DNA of 33,510 nucleotides from Fibrobacteria bacterium (GTDB lineage: Bacteria > Fibrobacterota > Chitinivibrionia > Chitinivibrionales > FEN-1185): the NCBI GenBank assembly GCA_037447435.1, contig JBBIGR010000048.1, positions 1 through 33,510 of the forward strand, read 5' to 3'. The notes under the pieces are model-generated. The model ran no database searches. It saw only the letters and a list, made by a program, of their open reading frames with translations, and was not told where the DNA came from. This document shows, in pieces, positions 19,285-27,329 of the stretch (position 1 is the first letter of the stretch; each line of letters opens with the position of its first letter). Made by a program: the position numbers and the translations under genes.

Positions 19285-19529
19285 CATAAGCATAAGCAAT
19301 TCTCTCATATCTGTACAAGCAATGGCGTTTTCACGGGATGTTCTTTTGTGAGTAACCCGAACAACGAACCGGCTTCCGATATCGCTTCCGGAAGGAACAA
19401 TTCATTGCACCTTACTGCTTTCAGAACGCTCGTGAAAAATGCGATGGACCGTGCAGATCCCGCGAGTATATTTCTATTTGCCGCTGCGCATGCAGTGCCA
19501 TAGCACTGCATGCGACCGGTGATTTTTTT
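19285..19529 (+). ncRNA. Candidate structured RNA or attenuator leader (unclassified)
   Basis: Lies between promoter copy 1 and an intrinsic terminator. Contains a ~150-nt nested imperfect inverted repeat (19309-19458). Ends are inferred. Confidence 0.4.
19481..19529 (+). terminator. Intrinsic terminator
   Basis: Perfect 12-bp stem CGCATGCAGTGC-cata-GCACTGCATGCG (19487-19514), extendable by CCG/CGG, then T7 at 19523-19529. Confidence 0.7.
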
Positions 19530-19582
19530 GCTCCGGATCCGGAATGCCCGTTTGTATACGATTTTTCAGGAAAGGTATCGGC

Positions 19583-20686
19583 ATGAAACAAAAAAAACCG
19601 GTCGGTGCGATCATTGCCTTGCTCGCCGCGCTTGGAAAACGCGCACCAAAGGAAAAAATGAAAACAGCGGCGGTGATACTGTTTTTTGTCTTTGCCATCT
19701 TTGCCGATATCCCTGCAGCCGACGGGTGGTTGCAAAACGATCCGCATCCCGCGGTTTCAACGCCTTTGGGCAACCAAGACTCCGCATTGAAGCGACTTCT
19801 TGACATGAGCGTATTCCCGACCACGGGCCCGCAAGGACTTGCCTATGCGCGGGAGTTGGAAAAGGCATTGTTGCAAAATCCCGTTCCCGCACTGAAACCT
19901 GAAGCTTTCCGCCGCATCGGCGACATTTATTATTCCGAAAAACGGCTGTCTGATATGTCTAAATGGTACAGGATGCTCCTTGCCATCGATCCGTCTCTGA
20001 ATGCAACAACGCCGATAGGTTTCAGGCTCGGCGAATATGCGCATCACGTATTGCGAAGAAACATCCTTTTTGCCGTATTCTTCACATACGGAGTAATCAT
20101 CATGCTGCTGTTTTTGCGGTCGTTTTTTGCAAAAGGAACATTTCGCCCGTTGTATTTCTTAAAAAGATGCGTGATATACCTGGTTATTTTCTGCGCACTT
20201 TGCATAGTGGTATTCGCTCTCGACGCAAAATGGTCTTCAAAAGCCGCATTGTCCATGACAAACAGCGAGGCGATCAGGCTTGCGACGCCCAAACCGATTG
20301 TCCCGCTCAGCATCATCGACAGCTCGGCGCCGTTGCGTGCCGGCGTGGTCATCTTTCTGGGTTTTTTGCCGGTGTTCCTGGTTATCGTTTACACATCGTA
20401 CAAGCGTCCGTATTCTCGCTGGGTTATTTCGGGCCTCATCTTACTGACAGCCGCTTCAACGTGGACGCATTTTCTCATCATAACGACGTTCGACGACTTA
20501 CTTGCTCCGAAAGCCGTGATTCAGAAAACAAGGGTATGGTTTAAAGGCGAACCCGAAGACCTGCTTCTGAAAGATCCCGGGAAAGTCCTGCGGGCCAACC
20601 CGGATTTTCTGAAAAGCGACAACGATGACCTGGAGGAATTTCTTGAAAAGCATTATCCGAACGGCCTGCCGCTTCGCAAGCAATAG
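19583..20686 (+). CDS. Membrane protein of unknown function (signal peptide, TPR-like helical segment, ~4 transmembrane helices)
   Basis: Long ORF. ATG 19583 follows AGGAAAGG; the alternative ATG 19658 (AAGGA) gives the signal peptide MKTAAVILFFVFAIFA. TPR-like EAFRRIGDIYYSEKRLSDMSKWYRMLLAIDP, then four hydrophobic spans. Confidence 0.75.
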   Translation: MKQKKPVGAIIALLAALGKRAPKEKMKTAAVILFFVFAIFADIPAADGWLQNDPHPAVSTPLGNQDSALKRLLDMSVFPTTGPQGLAYARELEKALLQNPVPALKPEAFRRIGDIYYSEKRLSDMSKWYRMLLAIDPSLNATTPIGFRLGEYAHHVLRRNILFAVFFTYGVIIMLLFLRSFFAKGTFRPLYFLKRCVIYLVIFCALCIVVFALDAKWSSKAALSMTNSEAIRLATPKPIVPLSIIDSSAPLRAGVVIFLGFLPVFLVIVYTSYKRPYSRWVISGLILLTAASTWTHFLIITTFDDLLAPKAVIQKTRVWFKGEPEDLLLKDPGKVLRANPDFLKSDNDDLEEFLEKHYPNGLPLRKQ

Positions 20687-22394
20687 CCGTCAATCAACAA
20701 CATGGCCATGGGTGTTGTGCCTGGCAATTATCGTGGCTGCACACTGTACGTATATTAACAACGGTTTCATCTGGCTCGACCACGGCGATATCGATGACGG
20801 CCGCGCCATAATCCCGCTCTCGCAGTGGCTTACTGCATTTGTCAACCCATTTGCCGCAACGGGCTTCTACCGGCCCTTTGTGACCCTGTTGCATTCCCTC
20901 GATGTTTCCCTCTGGCACGCGTGGTCTCCCGGTTTTCACCTCACGAGCATCATGCTTCACTGCGGCGCTGCACTCCTTGCGCCGTTTTTTATCGGTTGTT
21001 TCGTGCCGCTCTCGAAGCAAGAACGATTGGCATTGGCTCTGGTGTTCGGCCTGCATCCGATCGGTTTCCTTCCGGCAGGATGCATTTCGTTTCGCAGCGA
21101 ATCTCTTATGGCAATTTTCATCTTTCTGACGATGCTTTGTTACGAAAAGGCCCGGTTCCAGCACAGCCTGCAATGGTATGCGGCAGTATTTTTGTTTACG
21201 CTGGCAGCCTGCTTTTCAAAAGAGACGGCCTTCTTTTACGTGCCGTCGTTCATTCTGATTTGGGAATTCGTCGGAGTGCGACGGCCGGAAGGAATGCAAC
21301 CCGTGAAAGGCCGTAGCGGCATATCTTCAAAAAGTGCCGCACTTTTTCAAACGGTCAACGGTTGGACGACCGCGGCTTCGGTTGCCGCTGCGCTTGCTGT
21401 CGCCGCCGGGCTCAGGGTGCATGCCCTGCCGACCCAGTGGCGAATATCCGCTGCGACGCTGCCATGGACAAACGGTCTGGCCACCCGCCTGGCAGTCTTC
21501 GGGCATCACATTGGCAACCTGATTTCTCCCCTGCAACCGTCTTACAGTGATGCGGTAAGAATCGCTTCCCCGGGAAATCCGTTTGTAATTGTTGTTTTTG
21601 CTTTACTCATTGCGGTTTTTTTGACATTGATAGTGTACCGCAGCAACGACGTGCGTGGAATAAAACTTCTGTTCGCACTTGTCATCATTACCTTATTGCC
21701 GGCAATGGATATTCTTCCTCTGCCTCGCTTTTACTCGCCTCATTACGGCTATCTGGCAATAGCGCCAACGGCCGGCATGGCGATGCTCCTAGTTCGAATA
21801 GTTCGCCGCAAGTTGAATGTGCCCCTGTGGCGCTTGTTCCGTGTGCTTTGCCTTTGCTGGGGTCTTGTGGCCGGGATAACCACGGAGCTCGCGGGTGTTT
21901 GCTTGAAATCGGACCTGTCATTTTTTGGCCCTGAAACGGCCCGCGACCATCGATTTCTCGAAGGGTGGTATTACCTGGGAAATCATTACTCCGACAAAGG
22001 AGACCTTGACCGTGCATGGACTGCCTACGGCAACGCATTGCAATCCCATAAAGAATTCCTTGCATTTGTCGACAAACCGGGAGCATTGATGAACCAGAGC
22101 GCGGTGGCACTGCAACGTAACGACATGGCTGCCGCCGATTCCCTGCTTCGGCTTGCGCAGGAATGTTCGGCCCCTCGGATGCTGGCGGCAATAATTTACG
22201 ACCGGGCATACATCGCGGACCGCAATGGAAATTTCGATCTGGTCATCGACCTGCTTGATGGAAAAGAAAACTATCTCGTGCGCCCGGAAGCATGCGTCAT
22301 TCTTGCCAAAGCATTGCTGCAACGCGGCCGGGAAAAGGAGGCCGAGCAACTATATCGCCGAAGCCTTGGATTTGCCGGACCGGATCACCGGTAG
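20643..22394 (+). CDS. TMTC-like GT-C-fold membrane glycosyltransferase with C-terminal TPRs
   Basis: Motif order NGFIWLD, FYRP, SLD..LW, PGFHL...MLH, VFGLHP, ISFRSE, SKETA; many TM helices; TPR WYYLGNHYSDKGDLDRAWTAYGNAL. TTG start at 20643 inferred from GGAGG at 20632-20636 (the track start is 20625). Confidence 0.75.
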   Translation: MKSIIRTACRFASNSRQSTTWPWVLCLAIIVAAHCTYINNGFIWLDHGDIDDGRAIIPLSQWLTAFVNPFAATGFYRPFVTLLHSLDVSLWHAWSPGFHLTSIMLHCGAALLAPFFIGCFVPLSKQERLALALVFGLHPIGFLPAGCISFRSESLMAIFIFLTMLCYEKARFQHSLQWYAAVFLFTLAACFSKETAFFYVPSFILIWEFVGVRRPEGMQPVKGRSGISSKSAALFQTVNGWTTAASVAAALAVAAGLRVHALPTQWRISAATLPWTNGLATRLAVFGHHIGNLISPLQPSYSDAVRIASPGNPFVIVVFALLIAVFLTLIVYRSNDVRGIKLLFALVIITLLPAMDILPLPRFYSPHYGYLAIAPTAGMAMLLVRIVRRKLNVPLWRLFRVLCLCWGLVAGITTELAGVCLKSDLSFFGPETARDHRFLEGWYYLGNHYSDKGDLDRAWTAYGNALQSHKEFLAFVDKPGALMNQSAVALQRNDMAAADSLLRLAQECSAPRMLAAIIYDRAYIADRNGNFDLVIDLLDGKENYLVRPEACVILAKALLQRGREKEAEQLYRRSLGFAGPDHR

Positions 22395-22412
22395 CTGCCG
22401 TATTTTTGCATG

Positions 22413-24647
22413 CTAAAATGTCCACGCCACTCCTCCATACAGACCCCGGCGCGGAAGATATTGCGGCGCAAATACCCCGATACCCTCACCGTCCCGTATT
22501 TCATATACTAAATCAAAAATATTGACAATATCAAATCTGACTTTGAGCGCGCGCATGCCCGTAACCGCAAAAGTGTACTCAACACCCGTATTGACCGTGA
22601 CATAGTATGGAAGTTCTTGTGTGTTGCAGAATCCTCCGTACAAGCCGCTGCCGTACAACGCATCGGCATAAAACCTTGCTTTGTTCCATTTGTACGCGCA
22701 ACCCAAAGAAGCGGTCATGTCCTGGTCGTGATCGAGGTGATACCATTGATTTTGCATATACGCGAGTTCGTCGGCTGAGAATTGGAATTGGCCGGACACA
22801 AGCCCGTACGCCATGGCGCGACTGAAGGCGATATTTCCATATGCGGAAAATTTCTTTGTGTTGTAATTTATCGTCAGTTCCATGCCGCGAACATAGCCGT
22901 GGTCGGCGTTGTTTGGCGAGAATATCATGGCCGGCCCGAATTGTCCTTCATCAAGAACATACCGTTTGATTTTATAGTATCCATCCAAACCCATCTCAAG
23001 TCCGGGAAAAATCATTTGTGTCAGCCCTGCATCTAAATACTGATATCGTTCGGATTTCACCGGCGAACTCACCGTATTGTTCGGATCCGCGGCATAGGTC
23101 GTGTTGTTGAATTTGTTTATACTGGCCGAAGGAACGAATTCGAGAGGCGGCGGGGTAAAATACATGCCATAGCCAAGATGCAGAGCAGTCTGTTTGAATG
23201 GTTGATATACGGTATTTATACGGGGACTCAGCTGATACTCATTCAGGTAGGCATTGAGCCCTTCGAATCGCAGGCCATAATTGACTGTCAAATTCTTCTG
23301 CAGCTTCCATTCGTCCTGCAGGTAGCAACCGTATTGCAGGGCAGTTCTATTGTTATCGTCGGCAATGGAAAACGGGGTTGTGCCGGTTTGACGCCAAAGG
23401 GAATCGTCCCATGTTGCCCCAAAAACACTGTTTGCAGTATAGACCCCGGCTTGTTCCGCGGTAAAGCCCAAGCCGCCGCGCAGTGCATGGCAATCGTCAA
23501 GTACATACTTCGCATCCGCTGTAAACCCGCCGGAAACAAGGCGGTGCTCATCCCGGGACGAAACACCGTTGAACATCAGGTCCCCGATGGCGTCGGGCGA
23601 AAAAAGCACATCGCTGTACCGCGCGGTCTGTGATACTTGATAACTTAAACAACTGCTTTTATTCCGATACGACAAAACCTCATAATAGCTTTGTTCCTGC
23701 TGATTTTCGTTCAACGTCGAAGATTCGAACGATGAAAGGGTGTCGTAGCTATAAACAACAGCCTGCCCGGAAATGTTCGGCAATTGAAAATCGGCGTGTG
23801 CTCCGCTCAAAATCAAGCTGATACGGCTTGCGTTGTCGATATACCACGAAAGTATGGCCAATCCTTTATACTGATAGGTGTCGTCGTGGACAGGTAAAAC
23901 GCTTGCCGTTGGGTTTGCCATGCCGATTGCGTTGGACAAAAAATTTCCCGTGGCATAATACGTAACGTCACCTACCGTATTGCCGTACTCAAACGAAGGA
24001 TTAACGGTGTGATAACTGCCGCCGTACAGCGACAAATCACCACCCCGCATGTCGGCCCCGGTCTTGGTACGAATGTCAATGATGCCTGCGGCACGGCCCC
24101 CGTATTGGGCCGGAAGCGTTCCAACAATAAGCGACAATTGATCGACAAACCTCGTGCTCAATTCCTGGCCAAAGCCCAAAAGTCCGTCGGGAAGCAGCAC
24201 GTCGTTGATGCGGTATTGCAGGTTGGCTTCCTCTCCGCGGACATGCAGCCTTTTGTCAAGCTCGTCCTGGACAACACCCGGAAACCGGTATAGTGTCTGT
24301 TCGAAAGGGGCATTGTCACCTTGAGACTGGTCCGCGATCTGCTCGCGGTTGAGCGTGCGCCTGGTGGCCCCGAGGCTTGGCACGATCTGTTCACTCTGTG
24401 CATCGGCGATGGCCCGGCGCTTCCCGATCACAACCATTGTGTCGCCTCGAACCGAATACTGTTTTTGCATTACCGATGCACAACCGGCAGGCCGATTGAT
24501 TGCCGCGGATGAATCGGGCGAGACGGTATCGGCGGCAGTCGCGATTATCCTTTGCCTGACCATTGGTTCTGCTGACGCCCAAAGCACAATCGAACAGAAA
24601 AGTGCGCCTGCTGCAAACAGGTTCGGCTTTTTTAATTCCATTGACAT
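22413..24647 (-). CDS. TonB-dependent receptor
   Basis: Signal peptide; TonB-box-like DTMVVIG; plug region LYRFPGV...LHVRG...PAQYGGRAAGIIDIRTK; YLQDEWK...NYGLRFE; SPRIN; barrel end DIVNIFD...PRRGLYGGVAWTF with terminal Phe. Confidence 0.92.
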   Translation of the reverse strand: MSMELKKPNLFAAGALFCSIVLWASAEPMVRQRIIATAADTVSPDSSAAINRPAGCASVMQKQYSVRGDTMVVIGKRRAIADAQSEQIVPSLGATRRTLNREQIADQSQGDNAPFEQTLYRFPGVVQDELDKRLHVRGEEANLQYRINDVLLPDGLLGFGQELSTRFVDQLSLIVGTLPAQYGGRAAGIIDIRTKTGADMRGGDLSLYGGSYHTVNPSFEYGNTVGDVTYYATGNFLSNAIGMANPTASVLPVHDDTYQYKGLAILSWYIDNASRISLILSGAHADFQLPNISGQAVVYSYDTLSSFESSTLNENQQEQSYYEVLSYRNKSSCLSYQVSQTARYSDVLFSPDAIGDLMFNGVSSRDEHRLVSGGFTADAKYVLDDCHALRGGLGFTAEQAGVYTANSVFGATWDDSLWRQTGTTPFSIADDNNRTALQYGCYLQDEWKLQKNLTVNYGLRFEGLNAYLNEYQLSPRINTVYQPFKQTALHLGYGMYFTPPPLEFVPSASINKFNNTTYAADPNNTVSSPVKSERYQYLDAGLTQMIFPGLEMGLDGYYKIKRYVLDEGQFGPAMIFSPNNADHGYVRGMELTINYNTKKFSAYGNIAFSRAMAYGLVSGQFQFSADELAYMQNQWYHLDHDQDMTASLGCAYKWNKARFYADALYGSGLYGGFCNTQELPYYVTVNTGVEYTFAVTGMRALKVRFDIVNIFDLVYEIRDGEGIGVFAPQYLPRRGLYGGVAWTF

Positions 24648-24695
24648 TTTTGTGACAACGGTATATTGACAAAAAGCATACTGTTCTTGACCAAA

Positions 24696-25829
24696 TCACA
24701 TCACCGTGATCTTCTGCTGCAAGATCCGGCCGGCCAAATTGACATAAACAATATGGACACCTCTGGTGAAGCCGTTGAAATCCAACCTCTGTTTCCCGGC
24801 AACAATCTTTCCCTGCACAACGATCCTGCCGTTTGGATCCAGAATTCTGTATGTTGCTCCAATAGCCGATGTAAGCATAAACCTATTTTCTCCCAAAGCG
24901 CTCACTCCCCATGCTTTAGGGTAATTCTTGGTTGCATTGGTTTGCGCGACGGCCGTCGCAGGCTCATGAATAATCATGAACTGGTCTTTCACCGTATTGC
25001 CCGATATGTCTTTTGTGGTTACAAAGCAGGTATCATCTCTTGCGTCAATCACGGTCCAGGAAAAATGCGCCCCGCCTTGAGAATAGGCGTCCCACCATTG
25101 GGAACCCACCGAGTAGGACGGTGCGCCTCCCTGCCCTTGAACGCAATATACCGTTCCCGGCGTGACGCCGAGTTTGTATGTTGTCCCGCTCCCGACAGCA
25201 GCTCCTTTGTAAACAAGCTTCGTTCGTTCATAAATGTGGTCATGGCCGGAAAAACACATGGTCACCTTGAATGTGTCGCAGTAATTGCGGTACAGGGTTA
25301 TTGCCGATCCTTCCGACGTCGTTCCGTCTGCGCCGTGGCTTCCGGTGCTGTAAATAGGTTTGTGCTGAAAAATAAAGCGCCATTTTGCGGCCTGGGCTGC
25401 CGACGAACTGAGCTCCGCTCTGAGGTTGGCATAGTTTTGTGCCGGATCAAACCCCTGGGAAACAAAAAAGCAATTGCCCATAGAGAATGAATATGTCTCT
25501 GAATTATTTCGTACCACCGATGGAGTTACCGCCTTCAATGTGGCCCAGTCATCATGGTTGCCGCGGGAAACAAGAAAATTGTTTGCATTGAGAAGGGCAT
25601 TGGTAACCGTATTTGCTTTGATGACGTTGAGCCAAGCTGCCGGGCTCACGCTGCCCCAGCAATCGCCATCGTGAAGAATGAGTGCCGGATTTTCCAACGC
25701 AGCACCGCTAATGACCTTGCCGAAGTCCGTCATATCATCGCGCGAATCGCCGCACATCACCCATTTTAGGGCAAAACTTGACTGAGCAAATACCATGATA
25801 ATGATTCCGATCCAAATAACGGATTTCAT
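24696..25829 (-). CDS. Secreted metallophosphoesterase (purple acid phosphatase-like) with a T9SS-like tail
   Basis: AAGGAG-N7-ATG at 25829; signal peptide ending SFA|L; motifs GDSR, HDGD, RGNHD, HKPIYS, SGHDHIYER; tail YRILDPNGR...RGVHIV...QQKITVM. Confidence 0.9.
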   Translation of the reverse strand: MKSVIWIGIIIMVFAQSSFALKWVMCGDSRDDMTDFGKVISGAALENPALILHDGDCWGSVSPAAWLNVIKANTVTNALLNANNFLVSRGNHDDWATLKAVTPSVVRNNSETYSFSMGNCFFVSQGFDPAQNYANLRAELSSSAAQAAKWRFIFQHKPIYSTGSHGADGTTSEGSAITLYRNYCDTFKVTMCFSGHDHIYERTKLVYKGAAVGSGTTYKLGVTPGTVYCVQGQGGAPSYSVGSQWWDAYSQGGAHFSWTVIDARDDTCFVTTKDISGNTVKDQFMIIHEPATAVAQTNATKNYPKAWGVSALGENRFMLTSAIGATYRILDPNGRIVVQGKIVAGKQRLDFNGFTRGVHIVYVNLAGRILQQKITVM

Positions 25830-26040
25830 AGACACTCTCCTTTGAATTATATGTTAGTACCTATATCCGATTATCTACGTCTTTTGCGCAGATACTATAT
25901 AAAGCAAACTTATCCCCTGCGACATGTCCCCCTAGTGGGAAGCATGGGGTTAGAAAACTCTCCATGCCGATTGCAACCTTTTGCATAAGCGCATTAAAAT
26001 CCTGTCTGTCAAATCCGGTGATACGAACCTCCTTGCTTAC

Positions 26041-26105
26041 AGTATAATCCCGAAAAACCATTTATTCAATTGCAATAGCAACCAAAAACATTGCAATTGC
26101 AACCA
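26041..26105 (-). promoter_or_regulatory. Direct-repeat operator/promoter, minus-strand copy facing the phosphoesterase and TonB receptor genes
   Basis: Minus strand TGGTTGCAATTGCA-N7-TGGTTGCTATTGCA (26105-26071; 21-bp period), then 24 nt, then TATACT (26046-26041). Confidence 0.7.
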
Positions 26106-26115
26106 TTGATATTTT

Positions 26116-26180
26116 TGGTTGATTTTGCACGGTTTTTGATCGATTTGGCAATATCATGCAGCGCAATTGAGTTGTATATA
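26116..26180 (+). promoter_or_regulatory. Direct-repeat operator/promoter, copy 2
   Basis: TGGTTGATTTTGCA-N7-TGATCGATTTGGCA, with the first 31 nt identical to 19215-19245. After 24 nt comes TATATAAAT. Confidence 0.7.
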
Positions 26181-26237
26181 AATATATGCATAGAAATGAT
26201 CGCATAGTTTTCACCTTTTAACTATGGGGGGGACATC

Positions 26238-26354
26238 ATGAAAACGAACGCAAATGATTGTTTTTACACACGAAACGATTTTGGCGGGACAGAAAATGGC
26301 GATGCTTTTTTCGCCAATTATAAAATGCGTTTACAACTATCTGTGGAATTATAA
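26238..26354 (+). CDS. Candidate 38-aa small protein
   Basis: GGGGGGGA-catc-ATG; MKTNANDCFYTRNDFGGTENGDAFFANYKMRLQLSVEL*. It is below the ORF-track cutoff and lies downstream of promoter copy 2. Confidence 0.35.
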   Translation: MKTNANDCFYTRNDFGGTENGDAFFANYKMRLQLSVEL

Positions 26355-26357
26355 AAC

Positions 26358-27074
26358 CTATTTCGTATCATAAAGCCGTTTCGTGCATTCCGGACAAATG
26401 CCGTGGGTAAACTCTGCGGTCGAATGTTCCTCGACATAGAGTTCGACCGCCTGCCAGTATCCCTTGTCATCGCGAATCCTTTTACAGGATGAACAGATAG
26501 GGATCAAACCGTTAAGCGTCCGTATTTTCGCTAGTGCGCTCTGGACTTCATCCAGGAGTTTCAGCCGCTCAATCTCCAAGCGTTTACGTTCGGTAATGTC
26601 CCGGCAAATACCTGCCAGCCCCAATGTCGTGCCGTCGATATCGATGAGGGGGACTTTACTCGTTGCATGCCAACGAAGCTTTCCGCTTTCATGATCGACA
26701 GTCTGTTCTTCATAATCGATCATGGCCTTTTTCGTAGCCAAGATCTTCTGCTCGTCCGCATGATATTGGGTAGCCAATTCCTTGGGAAAAAAATCCCTGT
26801 CGTGTTTGCCCCGGGCATGGTCTTGCGACTCCACACCCAAAAGCTTAAGATGGGCGGTATTATTCAGCACAAAACGTCCCTGACAATCCTTTACAAAAAC
26901 GTCGTCCGGCAGAACATTTATAAGGAGGCGCAAAAGGTCGTGGTCCCCGGTTAAGGCTCGCTTTTCGGTAGTGCAATCTGCAAGTTGTTTTTCTAGATCC
27001 ACGATACGCTGTTTCAATTCATGGATTTCTCGTTCATTACGTCCATCAATCGTCGGTAAATCCTCGTTGACCAT
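26358..27074 (-). CDS. PAS-domain protein with C-terminal Cys/His (putative zinc-binding) module
   Basis: Coiled coil + PAS paralogous to the 17748-19088 protein; tail LIPICSSCKRIRDDKGYW..VE.Y....S.AEFTHGICPEC, a module commonly seen on bacterial signalling proteins. Confidence 0.9.
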   Translation of the reverse strand: MVNEDLPTIDGRNEREIHELKQRIVDLEKQLADCTTEKRALTGDHDLLRLLINVLPDDVFVKDCQGRFVLNNTAHLKLLGVESQDHARGKHDRDFFPKELATQYHADEQKILATKKAMIDYEEQTVDHESGKLRWHATSKVPLIDIDGTTLGLAGICRDITERKRLEIERLKLLDEVQSALAKIRTLNGLIPICSSCKRIRDDKGYWQAVELYVEEHSTAEFTHGICPECTKRLYDTK

Positions 27075-27138
27075 ACAGCCCCCACCCCGGGTAAATCGGA
27101 ACTATCAAAACAAAGTTACTAAAAACATCATACGCCAT

Positions 27139-27167
27139 ATTGTAGCATACTAGAGAGGATTCGTCAA
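27139..27167 (-). promoter_or_regulatory. Sigma70-type promoter for the second PAS gene
   Basis: Minus strand TTGACG-N17-TACAAT with an extended -10 (TGc), the same layout as 19139-19167. Confidence 0.75.
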
Positions 27168-27184
27168 TTTAACTGAAACGACTA

Positions 27185-27249
27185 TGGTTGTTTTTGCATG
27201 ATTATTGATCGGTTTGACAATGGCACATAGGAAAATTATGTGGTATACT
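27185..27249 (+). promoter_or_regulatory. Direct-repeat operator/promoter, copy 3, upstream of the GH127 gene
   Basis: TGGTTGTTTTTGCA-N7-TGATCGGTTTGACA, then 24 nt, then TATACT preceded by TGg. Confidence 0.72.
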
Positions 27250-27329
27250 ATAAAAGGTCTTTGCAATAGCATCGGTTTTTCAAAGGCCGGTGAATCAATT
27301 TCGAAATTTGTTTAACCTGGAGGAATGCA

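Noticed and set aside
19386..19397. SRP (4.5S) RNA suggested by TTCC-GGAA-GGAA
   Set aside because: The conserved flanking CAGG and AGCAG internal-loop bases are absent.
19282..19503. 73-aa ORF overlapping the RNA candidate
   Set aside because: The ATG is 2 nt from the predicted -10 with no SD, the stop falls inside the terminator hairpin, and no motif is recognisable. Not fully excluded.
19139..27167. Exact 8000-bp offset between the two PAS promoters
   Set aside because: Neighbouring homologous elements have different offsets (operators 7970 bp, PAS domains 7965 bp), so the round number is coincidental.
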